A stretch of DNA of 64,000 bases from Bdellovibrionales bacterium (GTDB lineage: Bacteria; Bdellovibrionota; Bdellovibrionia; Bdellovibrionales; UBA1609): contig OZ241877.1 of assembly GCA_965203095.1 (NCBI GenBank), positions 1,344,001 to 1,408,000 on the forward strand. The letters are read 5' to 3'. Both the position numbers and the translations under genes were made by a program. A model generated the notes under the pieces. It made no database searches. It was given only the letters and a program-made list of their open reading frames with translations, and was not told the origin of the DNA. Positions 50,232 to 60,466 of the stretch are shown here, piece by piece. Position 1 is the first letter of the stretch. Each line of letters opens with the position of its first letter.

Positions 50232-50981
50232 TTAGGTAAAGGCTTTGGGTTTAAAGTCTGGCTTATTGATCAAACTGGCACTATCTCCCACAGCCTTTAT
50301 CACAAATAAACCCTCTGCTTCCGATAAAACATGAGCCTTGCCTTCGCTCTTTAAATAAGCCACAGCTCCATACAAAGTGTCAGCCTTAAATTTTGGAAAA
50401 TAAGATTTAAAATCTTGTAAATTGGATAAAAAATGATGAAGGTCTTTTGGAGATAAAACTGTTTTCACCTCCACAATCACTACTTCCTTCCCATTGGCTA
50501 CAATAATGTCAAACTCTGTCCTTTTTTGAACAGTGCCATCTTTATTTGTTAACTGTGCCTCCACATTGGGTAAGGTTTGATTTACTTGGATACCCCTTTC
50601 CCTTAATAAATGAACCAGCTTGCCCTTAACCAAGGATTCCACTAAGTGACCCCATCGTTTATTAAAACGACCACCCACTTTTTGTATCATACGATCTGTC
50701 CTTTCCTGTTGGGCTTGAAATCTTTTCATCTCTTTTTCAGCTTTTTCAGCTCTTTTTTCCCAAGCTTCTTGATAGGCTTTCTGACTGGCTTGAAACTCTT
50801 TTTGCCGAGCTTCTCGCTCTTTTTCAGCTTTTTCAGCTCTTTTTTCCCAAGCTTCTTGATAGGCTTTCTGACTGGCTTGAAACTCTTTTTGGCGGACTGA
50901 GATGTCTTTTAAGTTTTTTTGTGTCTCTCGGACAAGTTTCCAGACTTCATCTAAATCAGGAAAAGTGGGTTTATTGTTCAT
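50232..50981 (-). CDS. Coiled-coil plus PD-(D/E)XK-fold protein (DUF3782-like)
   Basis: 87-bp (29-aa) tandem repeat; WGHLVESL, EFDIIVANG...VEVKT. Confidence 0.75.
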   Translation of the reverse strand: MNNKPTFPDLDEVWKLVRETQKNLKDISVRQKEFQASQKAYQEAWEKRAEKAEKEREARQKEFQASQKAYQEAWEKRAEKAEKEMKRFQAQQERTDRMIQKVGGRFNKRWGHLVESLVKGKLVHLLRERGIQVNQTLPNVEAQLTNKDGTVQKRTEFDIIVANGKEVVIVEVKTVLSPKDLHHFLSNLQDFKSYFPKFKADTLYGAVAYLKSEGKAHVLSEAEGLFVIKAVGDSASLINKPDFKPKAFT

Positions 50982-51141
50982 TATATTTCTCCTTTTGGCA
51001 TTATTATACTGAAAAACTTTAAAAAAGCTATCCTCAATTTATTTTTTTGATTTATTAGAGGCAGGAAATCTCTGATAGTGGCTTTTCTGCCCATGAGCTT
51101 ATCAAAATAAAAGTCTTTTAAAACTATTCCAACAGGAATCC

Positions 51142-52041
51142 TTATGGTTTCAGCTGATTGATATGGGATATTTTGGACACAATGTCTCCAAGATAGAGTT
51201 CGAGTTCATAGCCAAGCTTGGCCACACTAATACCTACATAAACACCTATAACTTCTCCTCTATCATTCATTGCTGGACCGCCACTCATTCCCTCAGTTTC
51301 TTTTCTGAATCCATTAAAATTTGGATTTTTTTTAAGTTCTTCAATGATCAGATCAGATTTTGCAAATTGTGTAAGTTCAGCTAAAGAAAATCTCAAAGGA
51401 ATTCTAATTACTTTAAAGTGCCTCTCCCTATATGTAGTAGATTCAATTTCACTCTTAAGACTTGTAAAAGATCCATCAGCATAACCTAAAATGTAAATAA
51501 TATCTCCTTCTTGGGCTGGTCTTGAGCTGAGTTTTAGAAAAGGAATTTCCACTTCTCCCTTGTCAATCCTTTCCACCTCAATTAAGGCTATATCATGCTC
51601 TTTTGAAAAAGCTATAATTTTTTTAAAACGAAAATGACCTATTGCCCCAAGAATCCACATTTCGGACAACCCGTTTTCCAAACCTTCTATAACATGATGG
51701 GCCGTGACTAAAGTTGTAGGACTGATAAAAAAACCTGTCCCTTGCCTTCGTTCTTCATTGGATGTGATGGTAAGAGAACGGATAGCATTTTGTTGTTGTT
51801 GAATTGAAATAGGTGTTTTTGAGTAAGAGTAAAAAATTCTATTTTGACCAAAATTAGTATCAAGCTCCTCTGGCTTCACAGATTGCAAGCCAGAAGATTG
51901 CAAGCCAGAATACTCAAACTCAATTTCATTAGAAAAGGCAAGGCTTGTAATAAAGCAAGAAAAAATAAGAATTGTCCAAATAAAGATTTTTTTCATTATG
52001 AAATAATAACTAAAACAAAAAAGTTGAAAAATCAAGATCAA
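51142..52041 (-). CDS. Secreted trypsin-like serine protease
   Basis: GTGFF, TAHHV, DIALI, GMSGGP triad motifs; signal peptide from MKKIFIW. Confidence 0.85.
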   Translation of the reverse strand: MILIFQLFCFSYYFIMKKIFIWTILIFSCFITSLAFSNEIEFEYSGLQSSGLQSVKPEELDTNFGQNRIFYSYSKTPISIQQQQNAIRSLTITSNEERRQGTGFFISPTTLVTAHHVIEGLENGLSEMWILGAIGHFRFKKIIAFSKEHDIALIEVERIDKGEVEIPFLKLSSRPAQEGDIIYILGYADGSFTSLKSEIESTTYRERHFKVIRIPLRFSLAELTQFAKSDLIIEELKKNPNFNGFRKETEGMSGGPAMNDRGEVIGVYVGISVAKLGYELELYLGDIVSKISHINQLKP

Positions 52042-52092
52042 AATCCAAAAATGGAAAAATTTACAATTTTCATCTAAATTTTAGAAAAAATA

Positions 52093-52169
52093 TGGTAGGG
52101 GCTGAAGGACTCGAACCTTCGATCCTCCGGTTATGAGCCGGATGCTTTAACCAACTAAGCTAAGCCCCC
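52093..52169 (-). tRNA. tRNA with CAT anticodon, probably tRNA-Ile2 (lysidine)
   Basis: GGGGGCT..TCCGG-CTCATAA-CCGGA..GGTTCGAGTCC..ACCA; lacks the initiator GGG/CCC anticodon stem. Confidence 0.9.
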
Positions 52170-52196
52170 AAAAAATCAAAAATGTTTGAACTGTGT

Positions 52197-52949
52197 TTAT
52201 ATTCTTTTTATAATTTGCATAAGCATTCTCAGCCCACCGAATATTTTAAATCGACAATTCTTGTAATGATAATCTGGTTTTTTTAAAAAAACATGGTTTA
52301 TTTTTTTAACATCCTTCCATTCTTTTTCCGGCATGTAAGACCATTCCTCATACCCTGTGTTGTCAGTATATCTAATAATATAATGATTTTCCACAATTTT
52401 ATGCCCCTTACAAGCCAAATGGATATTTTTTTTCATCTCCTCACGGTTGTCACAATGAACAGTTTTTTGAGAATACACAATTAAAAAACCATCCCCTTTG
52501 ACAATCATTTTTTTGACCCAGTCATATTTTTCGTGAAAGGTGGGGTAAGCCCCTATATCCACTGTTTTTAATATGGGATCAAAGTCAAAAAAAACTCCTT
52601 GCTGGCTGTCCTCCTTAGTGCACAGCATGGAGCTACAACCTAACAAAGGAAAAGAAAACAAAAAAAGAATAATACTTTTTGGTAAGCCTTGTAGGAAAGA
52701 CAGAGATTTCTGGATTCCCGTTTTCATGGGATTGAGGATTGCCGGGGGCCATCCGAAAAGGTTCGCGGGAAAGATAGATTTCTCTGGATTCCCGTTTTCA
52801 TGGGATTGAGGATTGCCGGGGGCCATCCGAAAAACTAAGTGGGATTGACTTGGTTCACGGGAGCCAAAAAGTTTGGGGATTTTTTTGGCAAACTTGCTGG
52901 GGTCCAGCCGAAAAGGTTCGCGGGATCGATTAAATGTAGACTTTTTCAC
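52197..52949 (-). CDS. Hypothetical exported/lipoprotein-like protein; N-terminal ~85 codons are repeat-derived
   Basis: IILFLFSFPLLGC lipobox-like segment; the upstream part coincides with repeat modules. Confidence 0.5.
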   Translation of the reverse strand: MKKSTFNRSREPFRLDPSKFAKKIPKLFGSREPSQSHLVFRMAPGNPQSHENGNPEKSIFPANLFGWPPAILNPMKTGIQKSLSFLQGLPKSIILFLFSFPLLGCSSMLCTKEDSQQGVFFDFDPILKTVDIGAYPTFHEKYDWVKKMIVKGDGFLIVYSQKTVHCDNREEMKKNIHLACKGHKIVENHYIIRYTDNTGYEEWSYMPEKEWKDVKKINHVFLKKPDYHYKNCRFKIFGGLRMLMQIIKRI

Positions 52950-52958
52950 GGAGGACTA
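52694..52958. repeat. Modular repeat with a 74-bp-period tandem duplication
   Basis: ctggattcccgttttcatgggattgaggattgccgggggccatccgaaaa at 52710 and 52784; ends tttttcacggaggacta next to the rpoD stop. Confidence 0.85.
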
Positions 52959-52959
52959 T

Positions 52960-54741
52960 TTACTTATCCATAAAGTTTTTTAATTTATCTGATCGGCTGG
53001 AATGTTGGAGTTTTTTCAAAGCCTTGGCTTCAATTTGCCGGATCCTTTCTCTGGTGACATTAAAATCTTGCCCCACTTCCTCTAAAGTGTGATGGCTTTC
53101 CTCCCCAATACCAAAACGCATCCTTAAAACCTTTTCCTCTCTGGGAGTCAATGTGGCCAAAACTTTTCGTGTCTGATTAACTAAATTCAAATTGGACATA
53201 GCAAAAGAGGGATTGATGACATTAACATCCTCAAGAAAATCTCCTAAATGCGAATCGTCCTCCTCCCCTACAGGAGTTTCCAGGCTGATGGGCTCTTTTG
53301 CGATTTTCATAACTTTTCGCACTTTATCTGGGGAGGTATCCATCTTGTCTGCAATTTCCTCCGGTGTGGGATCTCTTCCTAACTCTTGCACAAGATAGCG
53401 GGACGCACGAACCAGCTTGTTGATAGTTTCAATCATGTGAACGGGAACTCGAATGGTTCGTGCCTGATCAGCAATAGCCCTTGTAATGGCCTGACGGATC
53501 CACCAAGTGGCATAAGTAGAAAACTTATACCCTCTCCGATACTCAAATTTATCTACTGCTTTCATAAGGCCAATGTTGCCCTCCTGAATCAGATCTAAAA
53601 ACTGAAGACCACGATTGGTGTATTTTTTCGCTATAGACACAACCAACCTCAAATTGGCTTGAACTAATTTTGATTTTGCTTTGTCCGCCTCTTGCTCACT
53701 TCTCCAAATCTCTGTGGAAATATGCCTCAAATAAAATTTACTCATCTCCGTTTGCTCTGCCAATTTTTTTAACCTTAGTCTTGCATCTCTCCCTCCAATG
53801 TAAAGTTCGCTAATTTTTTGAAATGAAAGACCTGTGTCTTTTTCCATTTTCTCCAAAGCAGATTCACTATCAATAATCTTAAAATAGCTTTGCTCCGCCT
53901 GTTGGAAATTTTCAGAAAAAGTTCTCTCAATGGCTTTTCTTACCCGATTCTCCAACTCATTGATGCGATTTAAAGTGTTACGAAATTTTGTGATAATACG
54001 ATTGATGATTTTTCTGTTAAAATTAACTTTATTGAGCTTTTTCATCAGCTCTTCATTAAGGGTTTCAACAGCTTGCATGGCTTGTTTGCTTTTTTCACTA
54101 CCCCATTCGTTCTCATTGATAGCTTTAAAAAACTCTTTCGTTTTGTCGTAATATTTTTGAACATATTGAACGGTCTGATTGATGGATTCTAAAAAAACCT
54201 CTTCTTTAGCTCTTTCTTCATCTTGTTCGTCTAAACCTCGAATCATATTTTTGACCTTAAACCTTGACTTTTGCAAATGTTCTTTAAACCGAATCACCTC
54301 TCTTGCACCTAAGGGACACATTAAAATAGCTTTCATTATCTTTTTTTCGCCCTTTTCAATGTTTTTAGAAATTTGCACTTCGCCTTTGCGATCCAAAAGG
54401 GAAACACTTCCGATTTTTCTAAGGTAAAGCCTCACTGGATCATGAACACGAGGGAGGCCCTTCCTCTCACTCATGTCAGGTTGAAAAAGATTTCGCTCTG
54501 TCTCTCCCTTATCTTTCTTTTTCTTGAGTTGAACACTAACACCTTTTTTTATAAGCATATCCATGAGTCTGTTGAGAATTGCTGGATGAGTGATTTCCGG
54601 TGAAAAAGCCTCATTCAATTCTCTGGCGTAAATTACATCTTTTTTAAAAAAGCCCTTTTTTTCCAAATTTTGAAATTCTAAAGAAAACAGCTTTTTTTGA
54701 GATGATAATTTTAATTTTTTAATTTCTGTTTTGTTTTGCAT
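52960..54741 (-). CDS. rpoD: RNA polymerase sigma-70 factor
   Basis: [48 protein letters not shown]. Confidence 0.97.
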   Translation of the reverse strand: MQNKTEIKKLKLSSQKKLFSLEFQNLEKKGFFKKDVIYARELNEAFSPEITHPAILNRLMDMLIKKGVSVQLKKKKDKGETERNLFQPDMSERKGLPRVHDPVRLYLRKIGSVSLLDRKGEVQISKNIEKGEKKIMKAILMCPLGAREVIRFKEHLQKSRFKVKNMIRGLDEQDEERAKEEVFLESINQTVQYVQKYYDKTKEFFKAINENEWGSEKSKQAMQAVETLNEELMKKLNKVNFNRKIINRIITKFRNTLNRINELENRVRKAIERTFSENFQQAEQSYFKIIDSESALEKMEKDTGLSFQKISELYIGGRDARLRLKKLAEQTEMSKFYLRHISTEIWRSEQEADKAKSKLVQANLRLVVSIAKKYTNRGLQFLDLIQEGNIGLMKAVDKFEYRRGYKFSTYATWWIRQAITRAIADQARTIRVPVHMIETINKLVRASRYLVQELGRDPTPEEIADKMDTSPDKVRKVMKIAKEPISLETPVGEEDDSHLGDFLEDVNVINPSFAMSNLNLVNQTRKVLATLTPREEKVLRMRFGIGEESHHTLEEVGQDFNVTRERIRQIEAKALKKLQHSSRSDKLKNFMDK

Positions 54742-54772
54742 AAAAAACTCCTTATTTTTAATAGGCTATTTT

Positions 54773-56545
54773 TTATTTGAGCCTTTGTTTGGTTAATTGA
54801 AAAACCCTTTCTAAACCGTGCATGTCCTCTTTAGTCTCCATTTTCATTTTTGCCAACAAAATATTGGCTTCAGATTGTTTTTGCCTCCTCTTTAAAAAAT
54901 CCATACAGTTCTGAAATATCTTTTCCTGGCCTTCCTGACTAACTGAATTAAATATCGGATAACTGGACTTAAAAGCTGAGTGAGGATCAGATATTTCATC
55001 CATTACTAAGTGAACGAGTTTATCAAAGCCTGTATGGCTTTGTCTATAGTGATCTTCTATTTTTTTAAAAAGGTCTTGCATTCCCTGAGTGTTCAGGAGA
55101 GAAAGCCCATTTTGATCCCTAAAAGAATTTAAAAAAACCTCAGACTCCATGCACAAAATGAGAAGGAGTCGCTCAGCCTCTAAAGCTGTTGAAAGGCAAA
55201 AGCCTTTTTTTAGTGGTGGTGCTAACTCTAAACTTTTTTTTAGAGGAGGTTGTTTTAAAGGGGCTTTGAGTTTTGCTTTTAGGGCCTTTTCAGCTAAGCC
55301 TCTGTCACTTCCAAAAAGATCCAAAAGCCTTTGCTTATAAATAGCCTGTAAGGTTTTGTTTTGAGTAATGGCCAAAAGAGGGGCTATTTCCTGAATGAGA
55401 GACAGCAAATCCCGCCCTTTGCTTTTTATCTCCTCATGCTTTTTTTGAAGGACAAAAAAGAAAAGATCTTTTGCGGAAAGCAAGAGGGACTGAAAAGCCT
55501 CTTTTCCATTAGAGCGGATAAACTCATCAGGATCTTGCCCTTTGGGAATCTCCAAAAACTTCACCCTTAAACCTGCGGAAAGCAAAATGGGTAAACTTCG
55601 CTCACTGGCCCGAAGTCCCGCTGGGTCTCCATCAAAAACAAGGATGGCCCTTTCCGCATATCGCTTTATGAGCTGAGCCTGATGGTTTGTAAGGGCGGTC
55701 CCTAATGTGGCTGTAAGATTTTTAAAGCCTTCCTTATAAAGGGATAAAAAATCAGTATAACCCTCCACAATAATAGCAGAAGACTCTTGCCTTAAATAGC
55801 GAGCGGACTCGCTCAAACCATAAAGAATTTGCCCTTTATGAAAAATGGCTGAATCTTTAGAGTTAATGTATTTTGGAAAGGCATTGTCCAAAGTTCTGGC
55901 TCCAAAACCCACTATTTGACGACGAACAGAGATAATGGGAAAGATTAACCTATGGCGAAAATTATCATAAAATTCCATAGAGGAAGAGTGATTAAGCAAA
56001 CCCAGTTCAAGAGCCTGTTGTTTTTTTTCTGATGTTTTTAAAAAAGAGAGAAGGGCATTTTTGTTGGGAGCGTATCCTAAACGAAATTGCTGAACCAGCT
56101 CCTTAGTCCAGCCCCGTTTTTGCAAATAGGATAAAACTGAGGCTGGGGCCTGTTTTAACTTTTGCTCGTAGAATTGGCCCACTTCCTCACTTAATTTTAA
56201 AAAATCAGGAACAGGGGAAGAGGTTTTGAATGAATAAGAGCTTTTTTTAGGAATGGAGATCCCTTTTTGCCGGGCCAGCTCTTCCACAGCGTCACTAAAA
56301 CTCATCCCTCTTTGTTTTTGGAGATAAGTAAAAATATTTCCAGAATTTTGACAGCCAAAACAATAGTAAACCTGTTTGCTGGCAGATACGGAAAAGCTGG
56401 GAGTTTTTTCATTATGTTCTGGAAATGGGCAAAGGCCCATAAATTGATCGCCCCGACCTTTAAGCAAGGTGTCTTCACTGATCAGAGCCACAATATCGCT
56501 GGCAAAAAGCACCTGATCCAAAAAAGCCCTGGAGTAATTACTCAT
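54773..56545 (-). CDS. dnaG: DNA primase
   Basis: CPFPEH.EKTPSF..CFGC, KYINS, VEGYTD, FDGD, DPD. Confidence 0.96.
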   Translation of the reverse strand: MSNYSRAFLDQVLFASDIVALISEDTLLKGRGDQFMGLCPFPEHNEKTPSFSVSASKQVYYCFGCQNSGNIFTYLQKQRGMSFSDAVEELARQKGISIPKKSSYSFKTSSPVPDFLKLSEEVGQFYEQKLKQAPASVLSYLQKRGWTKELVQQFRLGYAPNKNALLSFLKTSEKKQQALELGLLNHSSSMEFYDNFRHRLIFPIISVRRQIVGFGARTLDNAFPKYINSKDSAIFHKGQILYGLSESARYLRQESSAIIVEGYTDFLSLYKEGFKNLTATLGTALTNHQAQLIKRYAERAILVFDGDPAGLRASERSLPILLSAGLRVKFLEIPKGQDPDEFIRSNGKEAFQSLLLSAKDLFFFVLQKKHEEIKSKGRDLLSLIQEIAPLLAITQNKTLQAIYKQRLLDLFGSDRGLAEKALKAKLKAPLKQPPLKKSLELAPPLKKGFCLSTALEAERLLLILCMESEVFLNSFRDQNGLSLLNTQGMQDLFKKIEDHYRQSHTGFDKLVHLVMDEISDPHSAFKSSYPIFNSVSQEGQEKIFQNCMDFLKRRQKQSEANILLAKMKMETKEDMHGLERVFQLTKQRLK

Positions 56546-57009
56546 AATTTGGAAAGCTCTTCACGAACGATTTGAGCCAGCTTTTTCCCCTCAACAGAGC
56601 CTTTGGCCTGGCCCATTGTGGCTTTAACCACCTGAGCCATGTCTTTAAGAGATGAGGCTTTGAGCTGTTTTATATTCTGCCGGACTATAGAAGTTATCTC
56701 TTCTTCAGACAAAGCGGGAGGTAAATAGGACTTCCAAACAGAGATTTGGCTTTTTTCCTCCTGAACCGACTCTTCACGACCTGCTTTTTCATAATATTGC
56801 AAAGCCTCTTCCGCTTGTTTGATTTGCTTTCTCAAAATCCCGAAAAAGTGATTTTCGGTTAAGGGTTTGGGCCTCAGCTCTATCTCTTTGTTTTTGATAG
56901 CGGAGCCCAGAAGGCGTAAAGCTTTGAGGCGGGGTTTGTCCTTAGCCTTTAAGGCTTTTGCCGTATCTTTTATAATTTGTTTTTGTAAAGACATTATAGT
57001 CTTCCTCAT
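56542..57009 (-). CDS. GatB/YqeY domain protein
   Basis: ALKAKDK..LRLL..AIKNKEI, YLP, position between rpsU and dnaG. Confidence 0.88.
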   Translation of the reverse strand: MRKTIMSLQKQIIKDTAKALKAKDKPRLKALRLLGSAIKNKEIELRPKPLTENHFFGILRKQIKQAEEALQYYEKAGREESVQEEKSQISVWKSYLPPALSEEEITSIVRQNIKQLKASSLKDMAQVVKATMGQAKGSVEGKKLAQIVREELSKL

Positions 57010-57025
57010 CAGGCTAAAAGCTTTT

Positions 57026-57229
57026 TTATCGTGAAAATTGTGAAAATCGGCCTTTTTTACGAGTTCTTTTACGGGCGGCTATAGATTTCTTTTTTTTAGC
57101 CACACTGGGCTTTTCAAAATACTCTCTTTTTTTGATTTCTGACAAAATGCCTAACTTTTCACAAGATTTTTTAAAACGGCGAAGGGCCTGTTCTAAGTGA
57201 TCACCCTCTCTAATTTTTATTTGTGGCAC
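57026..57229 (-). CDS. rpsU: 30S ribosomal protein S21
   Basis: [34 protein letters not shown]. Confidence 0.95.
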   Translation of the reverse strand: MPQIKIREGDHLEQALRRFKKSCEKLGILSEIKKREYFEKPSVAKKKKSIAARKRTRKKGRFSQFSR

Positions 57230-57410
57230 AGAGCTTCACCTCCTTATATTGACAGCCTATAACAAACTCTTTAAAAGAAGTCCAGCCGGCTTGGGAGTTT
57301 ATGTCATTATCATTGAGAAGGCTATTTTTTGAGCTTTTTTGTCAAATTTTGGGGCAAAAATCAAGTCTATCGGTTGACTTTAAGGGCAAAAATCAAACAT
57401 GGTGCTTGAT

Positions 57411-57746
57411 ATGTCAGGGGTTTTTACAAAAATTATCAATAAAGAGATACCGGCGGATATTGTTTATGAGGATGAGAAATGCCTGGCTTTTAAAGACATT
57501 AATCCACAGGCTCCAGTGCATATTCTGCTGATTCCTAAAAAAGAGATTCCCTCCACCCAGGAGATTCTACTGGAAGATCAGGCTCTTATGGGGCATTTGA
57601 TGGTCAAAATCCCTGAAATTGCAAAAAAAGTGGGGTTATCCGATTACCGTTTGGTGGTGAATACTGGTGAAGGGGCAGGGCAAACGGTTTTTCATCTTCA
57701 TATTCATATTATAGGTGGGAGAAAACTCAGCTGGCCCCCGGGCTAA
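57411..57746 (+). CDS. Histidine triad nucleotide-binding protein (HinT-like)
   Basis: FKDINPQAPVH, GQTVFHLHIHIIGGR..WPPG. Confidence 0.92.
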   Translation: MSGVFTKIINKEIPADIVYEDEKCLAFKDINPQAPVHILLIPKKEIPSTQEILLEDQALMGHLMVKIPEIAKKVGLSDYRLVVNTGEGAGQTVFHLHIHIIGGRKLSWPPG

Positions 57747-57811
57747 AAATATCGGGTTAAAAATATCCCTGATGAGACAAGCTCAGGTGGGACCGGGTAA
57801 GCTGTTAAATG

Positions 57812-58135
57812 TCAATTTGGTTTTGAGTTAGCTAAAAGCTGGTCCAGTTTGGATTTAATATCGTCCATTTTAATATCTATACCGTCCATTCTGCTCTCTA
57901 TACCGTCCATTCTGCTCTCTATACCATCCATCCTACTCTCTATACCATCCATCCTACTCTCTATCTTAGCTTGCCCTACTTTTAAGTGCTCTATGTCTTT
58001 AGATAATGGGCTTAATTGCCAACTAACAAAAAAACCTAAAGCCGCAAAACTGCCTAAAACGGCAATAACCGTTGTGACAATAAGCTGTAAACCTTCTTTT
58101 TCTTTCATCCTGCCCATACTATAACACAGGCACAA
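57812..58135 (-). CDS. Small TM protein with heptad-repeat coiled coil (start uncertain)
   Basis: (IESRMDG)x4, 21-bp tandem repeats, after a TM helix. Confidence 0.7.
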   Translation of the reverse strand: MCLCYSMGRMKEKEGLQLIVTTVIAVLGSFAALGFFVSWQLSPLSKDIEHLKVGQAKIESRMDGIESRMDGIESRMDGIESRMDGIDIKMDDIKSKLDQLLANSKPN

Positions 58136-58223
58136 TTATAAATCAATCTATATTGAGAAAAAAATATCGATTTTTCATAAAAGCTCAAGCTTTTTCACGG
58201 AGGACTAAACAAGCCCTTAATTC

Positions 58224-58694
58224 TTACTGAAATGCAGTGTTTTTCCTTCTTAAGCCTTTAAAAAAGCTCTGTAAAAGCTTTTGGCTTGCTTCCTCGCCTA
58301 TTCCTCTACTGATTTTTATTTTGCCTAAGGAGCTTGTTTTGTGATCCAGCCCATATTTAGAGGAAAAACCTGTTTTTGGATCCGGACAGGCATAAATTAT
58401 ACGAGATATGCGAGATTGTAAAATGGCCCCAAAGCACATCAAACAAGGCTCTAAACTCACATAAAGAGAGCAAGAAGAAAGTCGCCAGGAGTTCAGTTTT
58501 TTAGCTGTCTCTTCAATAGCTAAAAGCTCTGCATGACCCAAAGGATTTTGAGCCTTTTCCCTGAGATTATGAGTCCGACTTAAAATCACATCCCCTTTAA
58601 CCAGCAAGGCACCTACAGGGACTTCTGCCTTCTGAAAAGCTTTTTTTGCCTCATCTATGGCCAAGCTCATAAAAAAATCATCTGTCCCGCTCAT
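58224..58694 (-). CDS. tadA: tRNA adenosine(34) deaminase
   Basis: EVPVGA, HAE, LEPCLMC, DPKTG. Confidence 0.9.
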   Translation of the reverse strand: MSGTDDFFMSLAIDEAKKAFQKAEVPVGALLVKGDVILSRTHNLREKAQNPLGHAELLAIEETAKKLNSWRLSSCSLYVSLEPCLMCFGAILQSRISRIIYACPDPKTGFSSKYGLDHKTSSLGKIKISRGIGEEASQKLLQSFFKGLRRKNTAFQ

Positions 58695-58736
58695 GAGTAT
58701 TTAAGGCTTTGTCCTAACTTAATCCCTATAAAAATT

Positions 58737-59702
58737 TTAGCCAATGGAGAGGCCAAGGCTTTTTCGCATAGTGATCACAGAGTTTTCAAAACAAAGTGAA
58801 GGATCAGCCCCCGCTTGCAGATCCCTTTCCATTTCCAAAACTTTTTGAATCCATAAATCCAACACAGTATTGGGAAAGCGAGAAAGTTTTTGAACCTCCT
58901 CTACTTCCGGGCCATGGATCAGTTGATCCTCACAAGCCCATTTTAACAAACGAGCGTCCCTTAAAATCTCTTGCCAAAACCGAACCACTGTCAGAGCCTC
59001 TTTTCTATTAGAAATCCTTTTGGAAAAATCTCCGGCTAAGGTGGAAAAAGAGCTTTTCAATATGTCAGACCACAAAACTAAAGCCAGCTTTCGGGCTGTG
59101 CCTACCTCCTTCAACTCCTCTAAAAGATCCAAACGACCTTTGGCCGATCGAATCATCCATTGTGGGAGATCACCACTTATTTCCCTTATCACTTCCTCTG
59201 GCAGAGCTTGAAAGCGTAAATTTTGAAGGCGAGATTTAAGAGTTAAAGGGAGTTTAGAGGGAGATGAAGATATAAAAAAGAAATAAGACTTAGGGGGAGG
59301 TTCCTCCACAATTTTTAAAAGAAAGTTTCCGGCCTGGCGATTAAGCTTTTCCGCCGAGTCCAGGACAACCACTTTGGCTCGGGCGAAAGACTGAAGGGCT
59401 AAAAAAGGCGGAATGGGCTGAACATCCTGAAGGCGAATTTGCAAAGTTTTATGAGTCACGGCCCAAACATGTTCACTTTGCCTGTTAAAAACTCTTTTGC
59501 AGTGGGAACAAGCCCCACAAGGGGGATCTTCCCCCTCACAGAGTAGGATTTGAGCCACAGCATAAGCCATCATTTTTTTGCCCACTCCAGAAGGGCCAGA
59601 AAACAAAAGAGCCGAGTTGAGCCGGCCCTTTTTTAAAATGGGCCGGAGCCGGGCTTTTAACATGTCATGCCCTTTGATTTGCTCTATGATTTTGATAAGC
59701 AT
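58737..59702 (-). CDS. holB: DNA polymerase III delta' subunit
   Basis: GPSGVGK, C..PCGACSHC, LLKIVEEPP, SR. Confidence 0.85.
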   Translation of the reverse strand: MLIKIIEQIKGHDMLKARLRPILKKGRLNSALLFSGPSGVGKKMMAYAVAQILLCEGEDPPCGACSHCKRVFNRQSEHVWAVTHKTLQIRLQDVQPIPPFLALQSFARAKVVVLDSAEKLNRQAGNFLLKIVEEPPPKSYFFFISSSPSKLPLTLKSRLQNLRFQALPEEVIREISGDLPQWMIRSAKGRLDLLEELKEVGTARKLALVLWSDILKSSFSTLAGDFSKRISNRKEALTVVRFWQEILRDARLLKWACEDQLIHGPEVEEVQKLSRFPNTVLDLWIQKVLEMERDLQAGADPSLCFENSVITMRKSLGLSIG

Positions 59703-60466
59703 TACTCCCCCTTTTTATGTCCTGCAACTGATCCGACCCTTTGCCAAGCCTTTAAAGCCCATTTTACCATCCAAGGCAGTCCGGCCAGCAATATAAACGA
59801 TAAAATAATTGAAGGGCTGAGTATATCAGAAAAGGATTTTATGTTAGCCAATTGCCGTCCGGCATGAACATAGACAAAGGTTCCTGGCAACATCCCTAAA
59901 AAGCTGGCCAAAAGGAACTGCCTTGAGGAAATAGGGCTAACCCCCATCATCACATTGACTGCTAAAAAAGGCAAAATAGGGACAAGCCTTAAGGAAAACA
60001 AATAAAAAGCCCCATCTTTTTTTAATCCTTTGTTTATGACTTTTAGACGTTTGTGGAATTTTTTTTGCACAAACTCCCTTAACAAAAATCGGGAAATTAA
60101 AAAACAAAAAAAAGCCCCTGTGAGACCTCCTATAGAGACCACAAAACTGGCCAAAACAAAATTAAACAAAGAGCCGGCAATTAAAGTCAGAACAGCCGCT
60201 CCGGGAATGCTGAGAGTGGCACAAAATACATAAAAGGCCAAAAAACATAAAACAAAAATAATTGTGGCGTTTTTGTAAAGAGAGAGCAGATCTTCTTGTC
60301 TGTTTATAAAAAACTCTAACTGAAACCATCGATCGAGATCAAAATAAAAAAACAAAACTAAAGACAAAATAAGGCCAACAAAAATAGCAACCTTTGTTTT
60401 GGGCAGGGCCTTTAAAAAATCCCGCCCCCGCTTTAAAATGGAGATGGAAGTTTTTAGCATTATCAA
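59702..60466 (-). CDS. TVP38/TMEM64 (DedA/SNARE-associated) membrane protein
   Basis: LSIPGAAVLTL, LRLVP, GMLPGT. Confidence 0.88.
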   Translation of the reverse strand: MIMLKTSISILKRGRDFLKALPKTKVAIFVGLILSLVLFFYFDLDRWFQLEFFINRQEDLLSLYKNATIIFVLCFLAFYVFCATLSIPGAAVLTLIAGSLFNFVLASFVVSIGGLTGAFFCFLISRFLLREFVQKKFHKRLKVINKGLKKDGAFYLFSLRLVPILPFLAVNVMMGVSPISSRQFLLASFLGMLPGTFVYVHAGRQLANIKSFSDILSPSIILSFILLAGLPWMVKWALKAWQRVGSVAGHKKGE

